Of a stretch of DNA of 64,000 nt, positions 1 through 13,619 are shown one piece after another (the stretch's first letter is position 1; each line of letters starts with the position of its first letter). The translations under genes and the position numbers were made by a program. Where the stretch lies: contig NC_043001.1 of the NCBI RefSeq assembly GCF_006345805.1, positions 9,424,001 to 9,488,000 of the forward strand. The letters are read 5' to 3'. This DNA is from Octopus sinensis (Eukaryota). Under the pieces are notes generated by a model. That model was not told where the DNA came from. It worked only from the letters and a program-made list of their open reading frames with translations, and ran no database searches.

Positions 1-90
1 CGGCGGAATTTGAACTCAGAACGCAGCAGCGGACGAAATAACACAAAGCATTTCGCCTGGCTTGCTAACGTTTCTGCCAGCTCGCCACCT
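1..90 (-). mobile_element. SINE family 1 (tRNA-derived), 5' head portion, cut by window edge
   Basis: Reverse complement reads aggtggcgagctggcagaaacgttagc...gttctgagttcaaattccgccg, the same head and B-box as the full copies at 10887 and 26640. Confidence 0.85.
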
Positions 91-169
91 TGTTATTAAT
101 AGATTACTGTAATGCGTGGGTTGTTAACGGTACAAGGAGGATTTAAAAAGTGCAAATAGACGTTAAATA

Positions 170-263
170 AATACTGTAAATATGGTGTCCTTACTTCGCG
201 GAAATTCAGTTATCACGACCGGTCTCGGAATCAATCTACCGCGATAAACGATGGATCATTGTA
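170..263. mobile_element. Terminal fragment of a pogo/Tigger-like MITE
   Basis: acttcgcgga...tatcacg...ccgcgataa resembles 18830-18918; similar to Tc1/pogo-type TIR/subterminal sequence from memory. Confidence 0.3.
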
Positions 264-744
264 TATGTTTCCAGTCAGGGTTGACTAGGGAACAAACTAT
301 TAGACTAGCAATGAAATACGCTTAACACTGACTAGGATGAACTTAGATATTTATCCTCCTTTGAAGGGATAAATAAATAAAACTGAAGTGAATTTAAGAG
401 ACAATGTTCTTATACAAATACCATTATTGTCTCTGTGAAAACAGATCAATATTCTTACAATTTTAAATTGCCAGTTTTCAATCTATTTCGTTTTCTTTTA
501 TAAATGAAAACTAAATAATGATAGCAAATATATTCACTAAATAAGATCTGTGATTGAGTATCGATTCTTGGAAATTATTTCAAAAATGTTTCTTTCTCTT
601 ACCAAAAGAACGTCATGTGAATTGTATTTGTTTCTTTTTCAATTTTTCAAGAGTTCTTTGTTTATTCTTTAACTCATTTTTCTTCAGACATTAACACAAA
701 AGAACGCAGACATATAAATAACAGAGATCTTACGTATACACCTA

Positions 745-1106
<362 letters not shown>

Positions 1107-1300
1107 ATACAATATATATGTATATATATGTGGGTGGGTGCAGGGGTGTGTGTATGTATGTGTGCGTTACGTCGTTTTTGTCTATTCTCCCCGTTTTCAC
1201 TTGAAGCGATATTGTTCTCTGTAACTCACTTCTAGAACATTGAACGCCATCTGTCAACTTTTATAAATCATTTTAATATATGATTCTTGTTCAGAACACA

Positions 1301-1376
<76 letters not shown>

Positions 1377-1528
1377 CACATATATATAAATATATATATA
1401 TATGTATGTATCAAAAGCCGCTTTGACAAAGGTGGAAAGAGGAAAGATGATTACAATGGTGGTGCTCCAGCATGGCCACAGTCATTGGACTCAAACATAT
1501 AAAAGAATAAAAGATTATATGTGCATAG

Positions 1529-1560
<32 letters not shown>

Positions 1561-1609
1561 GCAATCTCTCTCTCTCTCTCTCTCTCTCTTTCACGCACAT
1601 ATATATATG

Positions 1610-1650
<41 letters not shown>

Positions 1651-1884
1651 ATACAATATATATGTATATATATGTGGGTGGGTGCAGGGGTGTGTGTATG
1701 TATGTGTGCGTTACGTCGTTTTTGTCTATTCTCCCCGTTTTCACTTGAAGCGATATTGTTCTCTGTAACTCACTTCTAGAACATTGAACGCCATCTGTCA
1801 ACTTTTATAAATCATTTTAATATATGATTCTTGTTCAGAACACACACACATACACACACACACACCACACACCCACAAACACAA

Positions 1885-1917
<33 letters not shown>

Positions 1918-2069
1918 CACACATATATATAATATATATATATATGTATGTATCAAAAGCCGCTTTGACAAAGGTGGAAAGAGGAAAGATGATTACAATG
2001 GTGGTGCTCCAGCATGCCACAGTCATTGGACTCAAACATATAAAAGAATAAAAGATTATATGTGCATAG

Positions 2070-2132
<63 letters not shown>

Positions 2133-2152
2133 TTCACGCACATATATATATG

Positions 2153-2230
<78 letters not shown>
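1107..2230. repeat. Tandem duplication, period ~544 bp, 2 copies
   Basis: atacaatatatatgtatatatatgtgggtgggtgcagggg starts at 1107 and 1651; copies differ mainly in microsatellite lengths and single-base indels. Confidence 0.95.
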
Positions 2231-2233
<3 letters not shown>

Positions 2234-2625
2234 ATCTCGCACGGCGGGAAACTCACCAGAAACAGATGTCGTGTGAATTTCACAGAGGTATCGTAACCTT
2301 CGAACATTATCACTATTTTCATAAATGCGAGCAACTTTGATGTCCGCTACAAAGGAGTAATTGTTCAGCCGTGATAACATTTTCATTTCCTATCAGCAGC
2401 TCAGTCTCTTGATCGCGAAGAGACAATACTGACGAGGCCTATACGAAGGTAGAACCTAGTCGCTCAGATCTTTCGTCCATATTGCCAGTAGAATATCTTT
2501 CAAAGCCGGGGTTTTAAATATGTGTCTTTTCTATTTTATCTTTTATTTGTTTCCGTCAATAGACTGCGGCCATACTGGAGCCAAGAGTGTGTGGAATTTT
2601 TAGGATATTTATAAAGAAAAAGTTA

Positions 2626-2673
2626 GTCTTACAGCTGTTTCTGAGATATTAGGGATATCCCTTTATTAGAGAC
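2626..2673 (-). ncRNA. Degenerate minimal type-I hammerhead ribozyme motif (PLE-type)
   Basis: Minus strand: gtct-CTAATAA-a-gggatat-cccta-atatctc-a-GAAA-cagctg-TA-agac. Stems I and II pair and stem III is the palindrome ACAGCTGT, but the core CUGANGA has two G>A changes. Confidence 0.55.
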
Positions 2674-2961
2674 GATGTGAAGTTGTTAAATAGAGGGAAA
2701 TATTAGTTTTCAGGATAAGGAGTTATTCTAGAACAGGAAGGAAATAAGGAGTATTATTTACATAATATCGGACCCTTGAGCACCAATAATATTAAAGTCA
2801 GTTACTCTTGATCATACACTGTCGAAAATATAACAACATAGTCCCAACAATGCTTGCAACGTCTAACAGTATAAGTCTCCTTAATGAGACCTTGAATTTC
2901 CAAATACGGGTTTGTAAGGATCTACACGAGAAGTACAACAAATGCATTTAAAATTCACCAT

Positions 2962-3171
2962 TATGGCTGAGTGGTAAGAAGCTTGCTTCGCATCCCCTTG
3001 GTTCCGGGTTCAGTGTTACTGCGTGGCATCTCGAGCAAGTGTTCTCTAGTATAGCCTCGGGCGGACCAAAGCCTTGTCAGTGAACTTGATAAACGGAAAC
3101 TGAAAGAAGCCCATCGTATATATATATGGGCTGAAACTAGAATCAATCAATCAATCAATCAATCATATATA

Positions 3172-3212
<41 letters not shown>

Positions 3213-3385
3213 CGTGTTTGCATCCCCTTAACCTAGCGGTTCGGCAAAATAGACCGATGGGATATTCATCCAGGCTTTAAAAAATAGAACAATAAGTACT
3301 GGGTTCGATTCATTCGACTAATAAGTCAAATTGGTGCCCCAGCATGGCCGACGTCTAATGAATGAAACAAGTAAAAAAAAAACAT
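2962..3385 (+). mobile_element. SINE family 2 (tRNA head, CORE-like middle, internal microsatellite)
   Basis: tggctgagtggtaagaagcttgctt...ccgggttcagt head; tail ccagcatggcc...tgaaacaagtaaaa; many related copies in the window. Confidence 0.85.
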
Positions 3386-3925
3386 AAAAGAATTTTCATT
3401 TGCGTCATTGTTCTTCCGGAAAGCGAAGATCCAATGATCGGCCTTTCCATTGATCCAATAATATGGAACATAATTGGTATCAAATTTTATATTTCAAAAC
3501 TGCAGACAAAGTCTGATTGAAAAGTTTCAAATGATATAAATTAAAGGAAGATAAGAGATACTATCAGATTGTCGTCGTCGGAAGAAAATTGCATATGGAT
3601 ATGTTTCGTGTAGCCGAGAAGCTACTCTTTATAATACATTGTGCTTTCCCTTATACTATCACACTTGGGTGAGCAACGAAGGTATCTGAATCTCTTACAT
3701 ATCCGATATGTGTGTGTGTGTATGTGTGTCTGTCTGTGTTTGTGTTTGTCTCCCCCTAGGACTAATAAAAAGTGGTTTAGATATCTAGTTATGGACATAT
3801 AAATTTAGTTATTCGACAAATTTTGCCAGATCGATCATTTGCGTAGGTCAAACTTCAAATAGCATGGGAGTGGATTATTAACGGATTCCTAATATATATA
3901 TATTAAGAATCTGTTAATAATAACA

Positions 3926-3985
<60 letters not shown>

Positions 3986-4027
3986 ATGTGTGTGTGAGCG
4001 CGCGTATGTATGTGTATACTCGTTTAG

Positions 4028-4168
4028 TATTAGGGTTAGGATAGGGTTAGACACTTTTCGTATTTATTCGAAAGTTAGACACTATTCGTATTTATTTCAA
4101 AGTTAGACACTTTTTGTATTTATTCGAAAGTTAGACACTTTTTGTATCTATTTGAAAGTTAGACACTG
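4028..4168. repeat. Short minisatellite, ~28-30 bp unit (aaagttagacact...), preceded by TTAGGG-like words
   Basis: gttagacact recurs five times between 4046 and 4168. Confidence 0.8.
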
Positions 4169-4374
4169 AATATTATTCCGTAGATATAGTTGATGATATG
4201 GTAAAATTGGTATATCAAAGAGTTCTTCAACACCAATGACATGGTCAACTTTGCAAGTAATGTCATTGATTCAAAAAATATCATTCCTTCACCAACAAAA
4301 CATGGTTTTACGCCTCTCTTAGGAATGAATATTTTAAAGACGCTTAGACAGTGATATGATTATACCCACTAAAA

Positions 4375-4590
4375 AGGCGGTGAGGTGGCAGAACCCTTAG
4401 CACGTCGGGCAAATTTCTTAGCGGCATTACGTCTGGCTTTATGCTCTGAGTTCAAACTCCGCCGAGGCTCAATTTGCCTTCCATCCATTCAGGGTCGAAA
4501 AAGATAAGCAACATTTGAACACGGGAGTCGATGTAATCGACTCACCTCCTCCTTCAACATTGCTGGTCTTGTATCAAAATTTGAAACCAT
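4375..4590 (+). mobile_element. SINE family 1, diverged copy
   Basis: aggcggtgaggtggcagaaccc...ctgagttcaaactccgccgagg...gtcgatgtaatcgac. Confidence 0.8.
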
Positions 4591-5779
4591 TATTATATTA
4601 AGCAGAAGTGCAACAAGAAAGAGCGAGGTTGCGCAGTCAACCTTACACAAGTGCAAAGGACCATAAATTTTCTTTTGGTTCAGCTTTCTTTGTGATGGTC
4701 TCACTAAAGTATCTTTCCACGCAGGTTCTACGTTTTGCTACGCCACAACAATGGAAAGAATAGTATTATTAGCCCTCGCCTTTAATGCAGTGATTTCATC
4801 TGCTGAAAGGGTACTTCTCTGCTTTGAATTCAAAACTGAAGTTTGTAGAGGAAGATAAACGGAAGATACAAAACAACAAATACGATTGCAAGATACCATA
4901 ATCACCAACAATGTTTTAACAATCGATTCGATGGAGTATAAAACCTTCCTTCTGAGTATATTGCTTTGTGTCATTATTAGAAACGAATAATTTATTAAAG
5001 ACACAAATAAATAAAAATCGTAAAAAATATACAATTCATGTTATTCAGTAAATGTAGGAAACTCTCAAGTTTGAAGTGTATTTTAACATTTAACAGAATT
5101 TTATCGAAGTAGCAGTTAAAAAGAAAAAAAAATATTTCAGAAAAAAAAATTCTTCATTGTAACTCGTTTATTCTTTTGTTTGTTTCTTTATGCAAATGTG
5201 TGTGTGTATGTGTGTATGTGTGTATGTGTGTGTGTGTGTGTGAGTGTGTGTGTGTGGTTGTGACTATGTATGTATTTCGACTGTCAGGTAAATAGAGAAA
5301 TGAAATTTTGATTGTTTAAAATGTCTATAGTTTTTTTTATGTCTCAGAACAAAGAAATATAGATCAAACACACACATCATGTACACACGCTCACACATAC
5401 GCACACACACACTTACACACACATGTATATATATACATATGGATGTCTGTCTATGCTCGTAAACACATGCAAAACTATGTACATTAGCAGGCCTATGTAA
5501 GTATGGAAACATATGTATTTAATACATGTATACACATATTTATAATGTATATACTTCTCAACACATCTATATACACATGCATATGCTCAAAGTTCCATAG
5601 TATTTGTCTATATATTGAGAAAACTTCATATGCATAGATACATATCCACGTACGCATATAACGTATGTTCGAGTGTAAGTGTGTACACGAATTAGATTAT
5701 ATAGGCATTGTGTGTGTTTATGTGACTTAGATTATATCTGCGTATATGTATCCTCGTAATCGTATATGCGCTTGTGAAT

Positions 5780-5785
5780 ACATAT

Positions 5786-5820
<35 letters not shown>

Positions 5821-6245
5821 GCATATTTATATATTTATTTATACACAAACACGTCCATATACATACCTATATGCGTGTGTCTGTGTATATATATATGTAT
5901 ATATATATATATACATACATACATATATATATACATATATATATACATATATATATACATATATACATACATATATATAAACATATATACATACATATAT
6001 ATATATATATATATACATACATATATATATACATATATACATATATATATATATACATACATATATATATACATACATATATATATACATACATATATAT
6101 ATACATATACATATGTACATACATACACATATATATGCATACACACACACACATACACAAATGCATGCATACACATACATACATATATACATACATATAT
6201 ATATATGTATGCACATATATATATATACATATATATATATATGCA
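5780..6245. repeat. (TA)n/(CATA)n microsatellite tract
   Basis: Direct inspection. Confidence 0.97.
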
Positions 6246-7082
6246 TATTTACAAGTTATTGCGGGTGTATGTCTCCAAGTCTCTTTAATTTTTTTCTTTT
6301 TCTTCATAGTTCACAGTTACACACGTCATGTTCCAAAACTGAATTATTACGAAATTATAGCTTCCTGCTGGAGGCTGAAATTTCTTAGCAAATTCCAAAA
6401 AGGCGTCTATTTTATTAGAAGCACTTCTAAGACATCTTCTCGAAAGCCTAATAAAGCTATAAACGAATTCACTTCTTCGCTTGACCAAGAAATTAAATCA
6501 TGATGGCTAACTCTATTGTATCCTCAGAATATATTCATCCCTCCGGACAGAAACCATGCATGAAAATATTCGACTGTATTCCTGAAAATTGAATCATAAA
6601 AACACTTTAGATTAGCAACTTCTCAGGAAATATATGATTTATTTAATACGATATGAATAGAGCATTGAGTACGCTATCTTTTGGTTTTGCTGTCATTGTC
6701 GGATATAGTTTTGTTTTAACTGATATCTTTTGGCTAATACTGGTTGTCTTTTTTTATATTTTTAAATTTTAAATTTAATTCAGAGAAACTTATACCAGTC
6801 TTTCATCTATAGAAAAATACGTAACTAGATATCTCACTGGCTTCAACGAATAAGAATTCTACTTGTTCGATCTAAGGTATTATCTGCTTATGATACTGGT
6901 CTCAAATTTTGGATAAAGCCAGCAATTTCGACAGTGGTCAGGTAGGTAAGTAGATTTCATCGATCTCAGCATTCAGCTGGTATTTATTTTATCGATGACT
7001 GGAAAAGTTGATCACAGTGGCATTTGAACCCAGAACATAAAGACAGATATAGCATTTCAGCTGACACGCAGGCTTAATATAT

Positions 7083-7674
7083 ATACTGCTGTCCACTGTG
7101 GTCTCCCTACACAAAACAAAATATTATGAGAATTGAAGCTCCCCAAAGGTCAATCACAAAAAAGATAGATGGCATGTCAGACCTTGACTACTGGGGTAGA
7201 CTAGAGAAGCTGAAATTGTATTCACTCCAACGACGCCGTGAACGCTACATTATCTGTATGATGTGGAAAATATTCCATCGGCACTGTCCGAATGATGATG
7301 GCATCACCTTCAAAATGCATCCAAGGCTTGGACCACGTGCCATCCGTCCACAACAAAAATCTAAATCGCATCACATAACGACAATACGGCACAACTATTT
7401 CACATCAATTGGACCCGCTCTCTTCAACGTTACACCAGGACACGTCAAAACAGAAACTGACCACACAAAATTCAAGAAGTCTTTGGACAAATTCCTTCAA
7501 ACAGTACCGGACAAACCACCCACACCCGGATATGTCTCCGCAAACAATAACTCTCTGCTCGAATGGGCCTTGGTGCCCAAATCCTGAACTGAAAGACTTC
7601 GCCAGGTGGTGCTATTAAGTTAGACATGGCCTGGGCCAATACTGGCCAAAACCTTTCTAAGTTATTCTAAGTTA
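7083..7674 (+). mobile_element. CR1-group LINE, 5'-truncated 3' fragment (ORF2 C-terminus, 3' UTR and tail)
   Basis: YCCPLWSP...IEAPQRSITKKI...YWGRLEKLKLYSLQRRRERYII matches the LINE ORF2 C-terminus; 3' UTR hairpin ggcca-atac-tggcc; tail (ttctaagtta)x2. Confidence 0.9.
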
Positions 7675-7688
7675 TATATATATATATA

Positions 7689-9835
7689 CTTTGATACTTT
7701 GATACTTTGATAGGTTTCGGCCATTATTGGCCCAGGCCATGTCTAACTTAATAGCACCACCTGGTGAAGTCTTTCAAGTCAGAATTTGGGCACTATGGCC
7801 CACTCAAGTAGAGAGTTATTGTTTACAGAGACATATCCGGGTGTAGGGGGTTTATCCGGGATTTCTTGAAGGAATCTGTCCAAAGACTTCTTGAACCCTA
7901 TAGGGTCAGTTTCTGTTTTAATGTGTTTTGGTGTAATGTTAAAGAGAGCGGGGCCAATTGAGGTGAAATAATTGTGCCGTATTGTTGTTATGAGATGAGA
8001 GTGCGATTTTTGTTTTGGGCGGATGGCACGGGGCCCAAGCCTTGGATGTACCTTAAAGGTGATGCCAACATCATTTGGGCAATGCTGATGGAATATTTTC
8101 CACATCATGCAGATGATGTAGCGCTCACGACGACGTTGGAGAGAATAGAGTTTTAGCTTTTCTAGTCGACCCCAATAGTCGAGGCCTGTCATGCCATCTA
8201 TCTTTTTTGTGATTGCCCTTTGAGGTGCTTCAACTTTTATGATACCTTGTATTGTGTGGGGAGACCACAGTGGACAACAGTATTCAAGGTGGGGTCGGGC
8301 AAAAGTGGAGAAGAGAAGGATAATGGTGTGGATATCTCTCGACTGGAAAGTTCTGAGAATCCAGGAACACATTCTGCGGGCCATGTCAACTTTGGTGTTT
8401 ATATGAGTGGCCCAGCTTACGTTGTTGTCCACAATTACTCCCAAGTCTCTGATGTTGTTGGACGCCGCGAGAGTTTCACCTGAAGGAAGGGAGTATGGGA
8501 GTTTCAGGGCATCCTCTTTTCCAAAGTGGATTAGCTCAAACTTATCCTCGTTCAGCAGCATATTGTTTTTTTCTGCCCATTGGATAACAGCCAGTAGATC
8601 TGACTGAAGGCATGTCCGGTCACTCGCCTCATTTATGACCTTCTGTAGCTTGGAGTCATCTGCAAAGATTTTTATGTGCTGTGCTTCATGATGTCATTAA
8701 TGTCATTAATGTAAATGATGAAAAGAAGTTGGCCCAGCACAGTGCCTTGCGGAACGCCACTACTGACTTTGGCTGGGCTGATTTTACCCCTTCAACTACA
8801 ACATGTTGAGATCTGTCTGTCAGGAAACACTTAATCCATTTCAGTAACTTTCCAGAGACACCAATGTTGGATAGTTTTTTCAATAGGATCTTGTGATCGA
8901 CCCTGTCGAAGGCCTTACTGAAATCAAGGTAGATGACATCGGTGTTGGAGCCCTCTCCCAAAGCTCTCAAAATGTCCTCAAAGTGATGCAGGAGCTGCGT
9001 TAGGCAGTCCCTTCCATTACGGAACCCATGTTGGTTGGAGATCAGCCGTCTGTTGCTTTCCAGAAATTGAGTTATTCGAGATCTCACCACCCTCTCAAAT
9101 ACCTTGATGATATGAGAGGTGAGTGAGATCGGACGGTAATTCACTGCAAGGGACTTGTTTCCCTTTTTGAAAACTGGGACAACAGACTGGGGCAGAAGGT
9201 TTTTTGGAATATAGCCAGCATCCAGTGAGTTTCTCCACAGATTAGCAAGGGGAGATGCAAGTTGGTGTCGACACACCTTCAGGACACAAGCAGGGAACCT
9301 ATCGGGGCCTACTGCTGAAGTGTGTTTTATTTCGTTTATCGCCGCTAAGACATCAGGGGCACTAAACGTTATGTCCGATATAGTGTGTTGGGGGTTGACA
9401 TCACTGATACAGCCCAGATCGGCCATATCAGGATTGCTGAAAACAGAGCAGTATTGTTTCTGCAGTATCTCGGCCATGGATTTGGCATTATCTTGGAGAG
9501 TGCCAGTTTCGTCAATTAGAGGGCCTACAGTGGAGACAGTGACCTGCGTTTCCTCGCAAATGAAAAGAACACTTTGGGGTTGAGTTTGATTTTTTCAATG
9601 GCCCACTTCTCCTCAGCTGATCTTTGGTTATTGATGAGGGTCTTCATGCATTGTTGGAGGTTATATTTTTTGGATTCAAGCAGTGCGATAGCCGTCGAAT
9701 GTGTGTGTTGCTGTTGGCAGTACTTTAGTTTGTTAATTTCTTTGTTTGTTCTTTTTATTTTTCTGATAATGGTTTTTCTGTTTTGGGGATTCTGCACTTT
9801 TTGTTCACAGGTCTTGGTGGGGAGTGTTTTGCACA
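7689..9835 (-). mobile_element. CR1-group LINE, 5'-truncated, frameshifted ORF2 with RT domain
   Basis: ORFs 8686-9477 and 7779-8561 contain NYRPISLTSHIIKVFERVV, QHGFR and YLDFSKAFDRVDH; catalytic IFADDSKL lies near 8660; tail (tatcaaag)x3. Confidence 0.93.
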
Positions 9836-10321
<486 letters not shown>

Positions 10322-10327
10322 CAGTCA

Positions 10328-10386
10328 TGGAGGTGCAATGTCCCAAGGTTAGGGCAACGGAATCGCGGTTTCGATTCCCAGACCGA
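10328..10386 (+). mobile_element. SINE family 3 head fragment
   Basis: tggaggtgcaatgtcccaaggttagggc...ggtttcgattcccagacc matches the head of the 49673-49960 copy. Confidence 0.7.
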
Positions 10387-10886
10387 TAAAGCGTATTTTA
10401 TAAGCATTATTTTCAAGAATGATAAACTGTTTTATAGAAGCCTTATTCAACGTCAAACATTAACAAAAAAAGACCCTGTGATGAAGTCTTGTAAAACGAA
10501 ATTTCTCGCGACAAATTTTCCCTCTGCAAAACTTCTTTTGGCAAAATTTCCTGTAACCCGGAAGCATAACCTCGTGGAATCAAAGCGAACTCATTAACCA
10601 CTCGGTTATCATGTAGCCATGCTTAGAAGTTAATACTACATCCGTTAATTTTTTTTTAATAACAATAACCTACACAACAAGCACTCGCAAACAAGTAGCC
10701 TTAAGCCGATAGAAGAGAAATCTCTCCAATGTTCCCAGAACTGCTGTGGATTGAACTCCTTTCTATCGTCTGCAGTTTACTGATATTGCTCAAATCCAGT
10801 TCAATTCTGATCGAAGCGACCTATGGTTAAAAGCCTTTCAGCCGTGACCATCCTGTATTTTTTGCAACCCGTGTATATAGAATAGC

Positions 10887-11120
10887 TATTTCTTTACTAC
10901 CCACCAAGGGGCTAAACACAGAAGGGACAAACAAGGACAGACAAACGGATTAAGTCGATTACATCGACCCCAGTGCGTAACTGGTACTTAATTTATCGGC
11001 CCCGAAAGGATGAAAGGCAAAGTCGACCTCGACGGAATTTGAACTCAGAACGTAACGACAGACCAAATACGGCTATGTATTTTGCCCGGCGTACTAACGA
11101 TTCTACCAGCTCGCCGCCTT
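10887..11120 (-). mobile_element. SINE family 1, full-length monomer with 18-bp TSD
   Basis: TSD ccgtgtatatagaatagc at 10869-10886 and 11121-11138; B-box gagttcaaattcc; central gcctttcatcctttcgggg...ataaattaagtacc resembles the Deu/Nin SINE domain. Confidence 0.93.
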
Positions 11121-12199
11121 CCGTGTATATAGAATAGCGTTTTCTTGTTGTGCTGCAGTGTGACGGTAGGGAGATTTAGCTGCTATTTCTAACCATGTGG
11201 TTCAGCAACATAGAGGTTCGCTCCTTTCTCGTGTGATGAATAGCTTTCAGTGTTAGAAGCCATCGATTCACTCTTCAATGCTTTATTGTGACCAATAGTT
11301 ACAGTGACGTATTTCACTGCATACGGCACCGATTAATCGAAATGAGCCAAGAGGAAGACCTTGTGCGTAGTAACTCAGCCTGTTAGAAATAGCAGCCAAG
11401 TCTCGCTCAAATTATATCCCACTCTCTAAAAAAAGAATATAAACACTTCGGGATAATTTAATCCAATTTACACTGTGTCAAAGAATGAGAGATAATCTTG
11501 GCTGGAATGGTGAGGAGCTGACCTAATTAAGACTGACGAAGAGTTGACCATAAACATTTTTGCCGAGGGAAAATTTGTCGAGAGAAATTTTAAATGACCC
11601 CATCAAAGTGTCTTTTTAACGTTTGCCTGCCATAAGCCCCATTTGGGAATCTGCTAAAAACGGTTGTTTGTTGTGTTTAAAGTGAATTTATTATGCATAT
11701 TGCATTTGCAGAGGTGTGTTTAACAATATTTAGTAGTTAAAGTTTGTCATTATTAGCTCTGGTTAATTCTAGTGGACATTTTATGTTATAAATCGCCATT
11801 TTTTAACTTCAAAAATATCGACTGTTTAGAAATTTTTTTTTTTTTTTTTGCATCTCCCATCTATATCATTCATTGATATTTTATACACATTCGCATTTGA
11901 TAGTATAGTTTCAAAAAAGCTAAAATGTTTCTTACTGCAATTGAATACAAAAGGATAATTATGCTTTATTTTTTCAGCAATCCCCATTTGGGACTTTTCA
12001 AAAAATTTATCATAATTTTCAAAGTAATCCACATGTGAAGAAAATTTAAATGTTATATATTATTTCAACTCCTAAGAAACCTGGCATAGCCAAGAAATAT
12101 GAATTAAAAAATTGGCAGTCAATGGGTTGAGCGTCAACAGCAACAAAAACAACAAAATAAATATAAAGAAAATCAACCCTAGAATCTGTTTTGAGGACA

Positions 12200-12394
12200 T
12201 GAGATTTCGTACATTATTTACATTATTTACATTAGACGGATATTTGTCCTCATCTTGTTTGTTGTTAACGCAACGCTTTGGCTGATATACACTCAAGCCT
12301 TCATCAGGTGTCTTAAGGAAATGTCGAACCTGGGTTCTCATTCCTAAAGTATTTTTCGATGTTGTTGTTGTTGTTGTTACCATTATTATTATTA

Positions 12395-12430
<36 letters not shown>
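12200..12430 (-). mobile_element. HHR-bearing PLE-type repeat family A with (AAT)n; ribozyme core mutated
   Basis: Homologous to 44583-44766; CTGATGA intact but GAAA reads AAAG. Confidence 0.85.
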
Positions 12431-12431
<1 letters not shown>

Positions 12432-12435
12432 TCTT

Positions 12436-12863
12436 GCAGGAGTGGTTGTGTGGTAATTAGCTTGCTTACCAACCACATGGTTCCGGGTTCAGTCCCACTG
12501 CGTGGCACTTTGGGCAAGTGTCTTCTACTATAGCCTCGGGCTGACCAAAGCCAAGTGAGTGAATTTGGTATACGGAAACTGAAGGAGGCCGTCGTATATA
12601 TGTATATATATATATATATGTATGTGTGTATATGTTTGTGTGTCTGTGTTTATCCCCCCCAACATCGCTTGAGAACCGATGGTGGTGTGTTTACGTCCCC
12701 GTAACTTAGCGGTTCGGCAAAAGAAACCGATAGAATAAGTACTAGGCTTACAAAGAATAAGCCCAGGGGTTTATTTGCATGACTAAATGCGATGCTCCAG
12801 CATGGCCGCAGTCAAATGAGTGAAACAAGTAAAAGAATAACGAGTAAAGAGTAAAGAGTAAAG
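12436..12863 (+). mobile_element. SINE family 2, full length
   Basis: gcaggagtggttgtgtggtaa...ccgggttcagtccc...tttgggcaagtgtctt...ccagcatggccgcagtcaaatgagtgaaacaagtaaaaga, ending in a (gtaaaga)n tail. Confidence 0.92.
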
Positions 12864-13619
12864 AGGTCAACTGATCACGAAGATCATTCCCACTGGACAT
12901 AGACATGCGCAAAGACGTTCGCCCCGTTGGTTTCCCCTGTTGCGTTAACCTATCAGTTGGAACGTCAGCTCAAAGGCCATGTACTATTTGGTTTCATCCG
13001 AAGTGCTGAATTAATATTCTTAAATCGATTCACTGACCATCACAGCAAAGTAACGGCGTATTGCTTAATTGAAAGAAGCCGATAGTTGCTGAGCATCATC
13101 GATATTCTTTCAATGAAAACTAGTTTACCAATTCGTCCGTAATTAGCTATCCAGAATGTAAAAGTACAGAAGCACGACATCTCTCTAAAGGGTTAATAAA
13201 ATAAATATTTATTGCACCTAAAAGGGGAAGCATTTTCCAATTAGTAGCTTTCTATCGAACGTTCATTTGTTCTCTTCAAAGATGTTTGAACTAAATCAAC
13301 GAAACATTAAAAACCTACTGACATTCGTAACCAATCTACAAGTTAAGCCGTCTCCATTAGCATAACAGTAACATTTAAAAACGACTTATTAACATTCAGA
13401 AAAACGACATACATTTAAGTGCTTGTGTCTGCGAAACGAGGCAAGCAAGAATCTGCGTTTATTTGAATCTGATACATTCCAATTTTGTATATTTTAATGG
13501 ACAATATGTATTGCTGTCCATAGTTATCTTCTTAATCCAGTTTACTGCTCAATATTTGCATAATCTTCAAAAGAAACGAATATTTACGAAGGAAACCATT
13601 ATTATAATTATGTTGAGGT

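Noticed and set aside
4040-4168. Spaced repeats resembling a CRISPR array
   Set aside because: Spacers are similar to each other (minisatellite); eukaryotic context with no cas genes.
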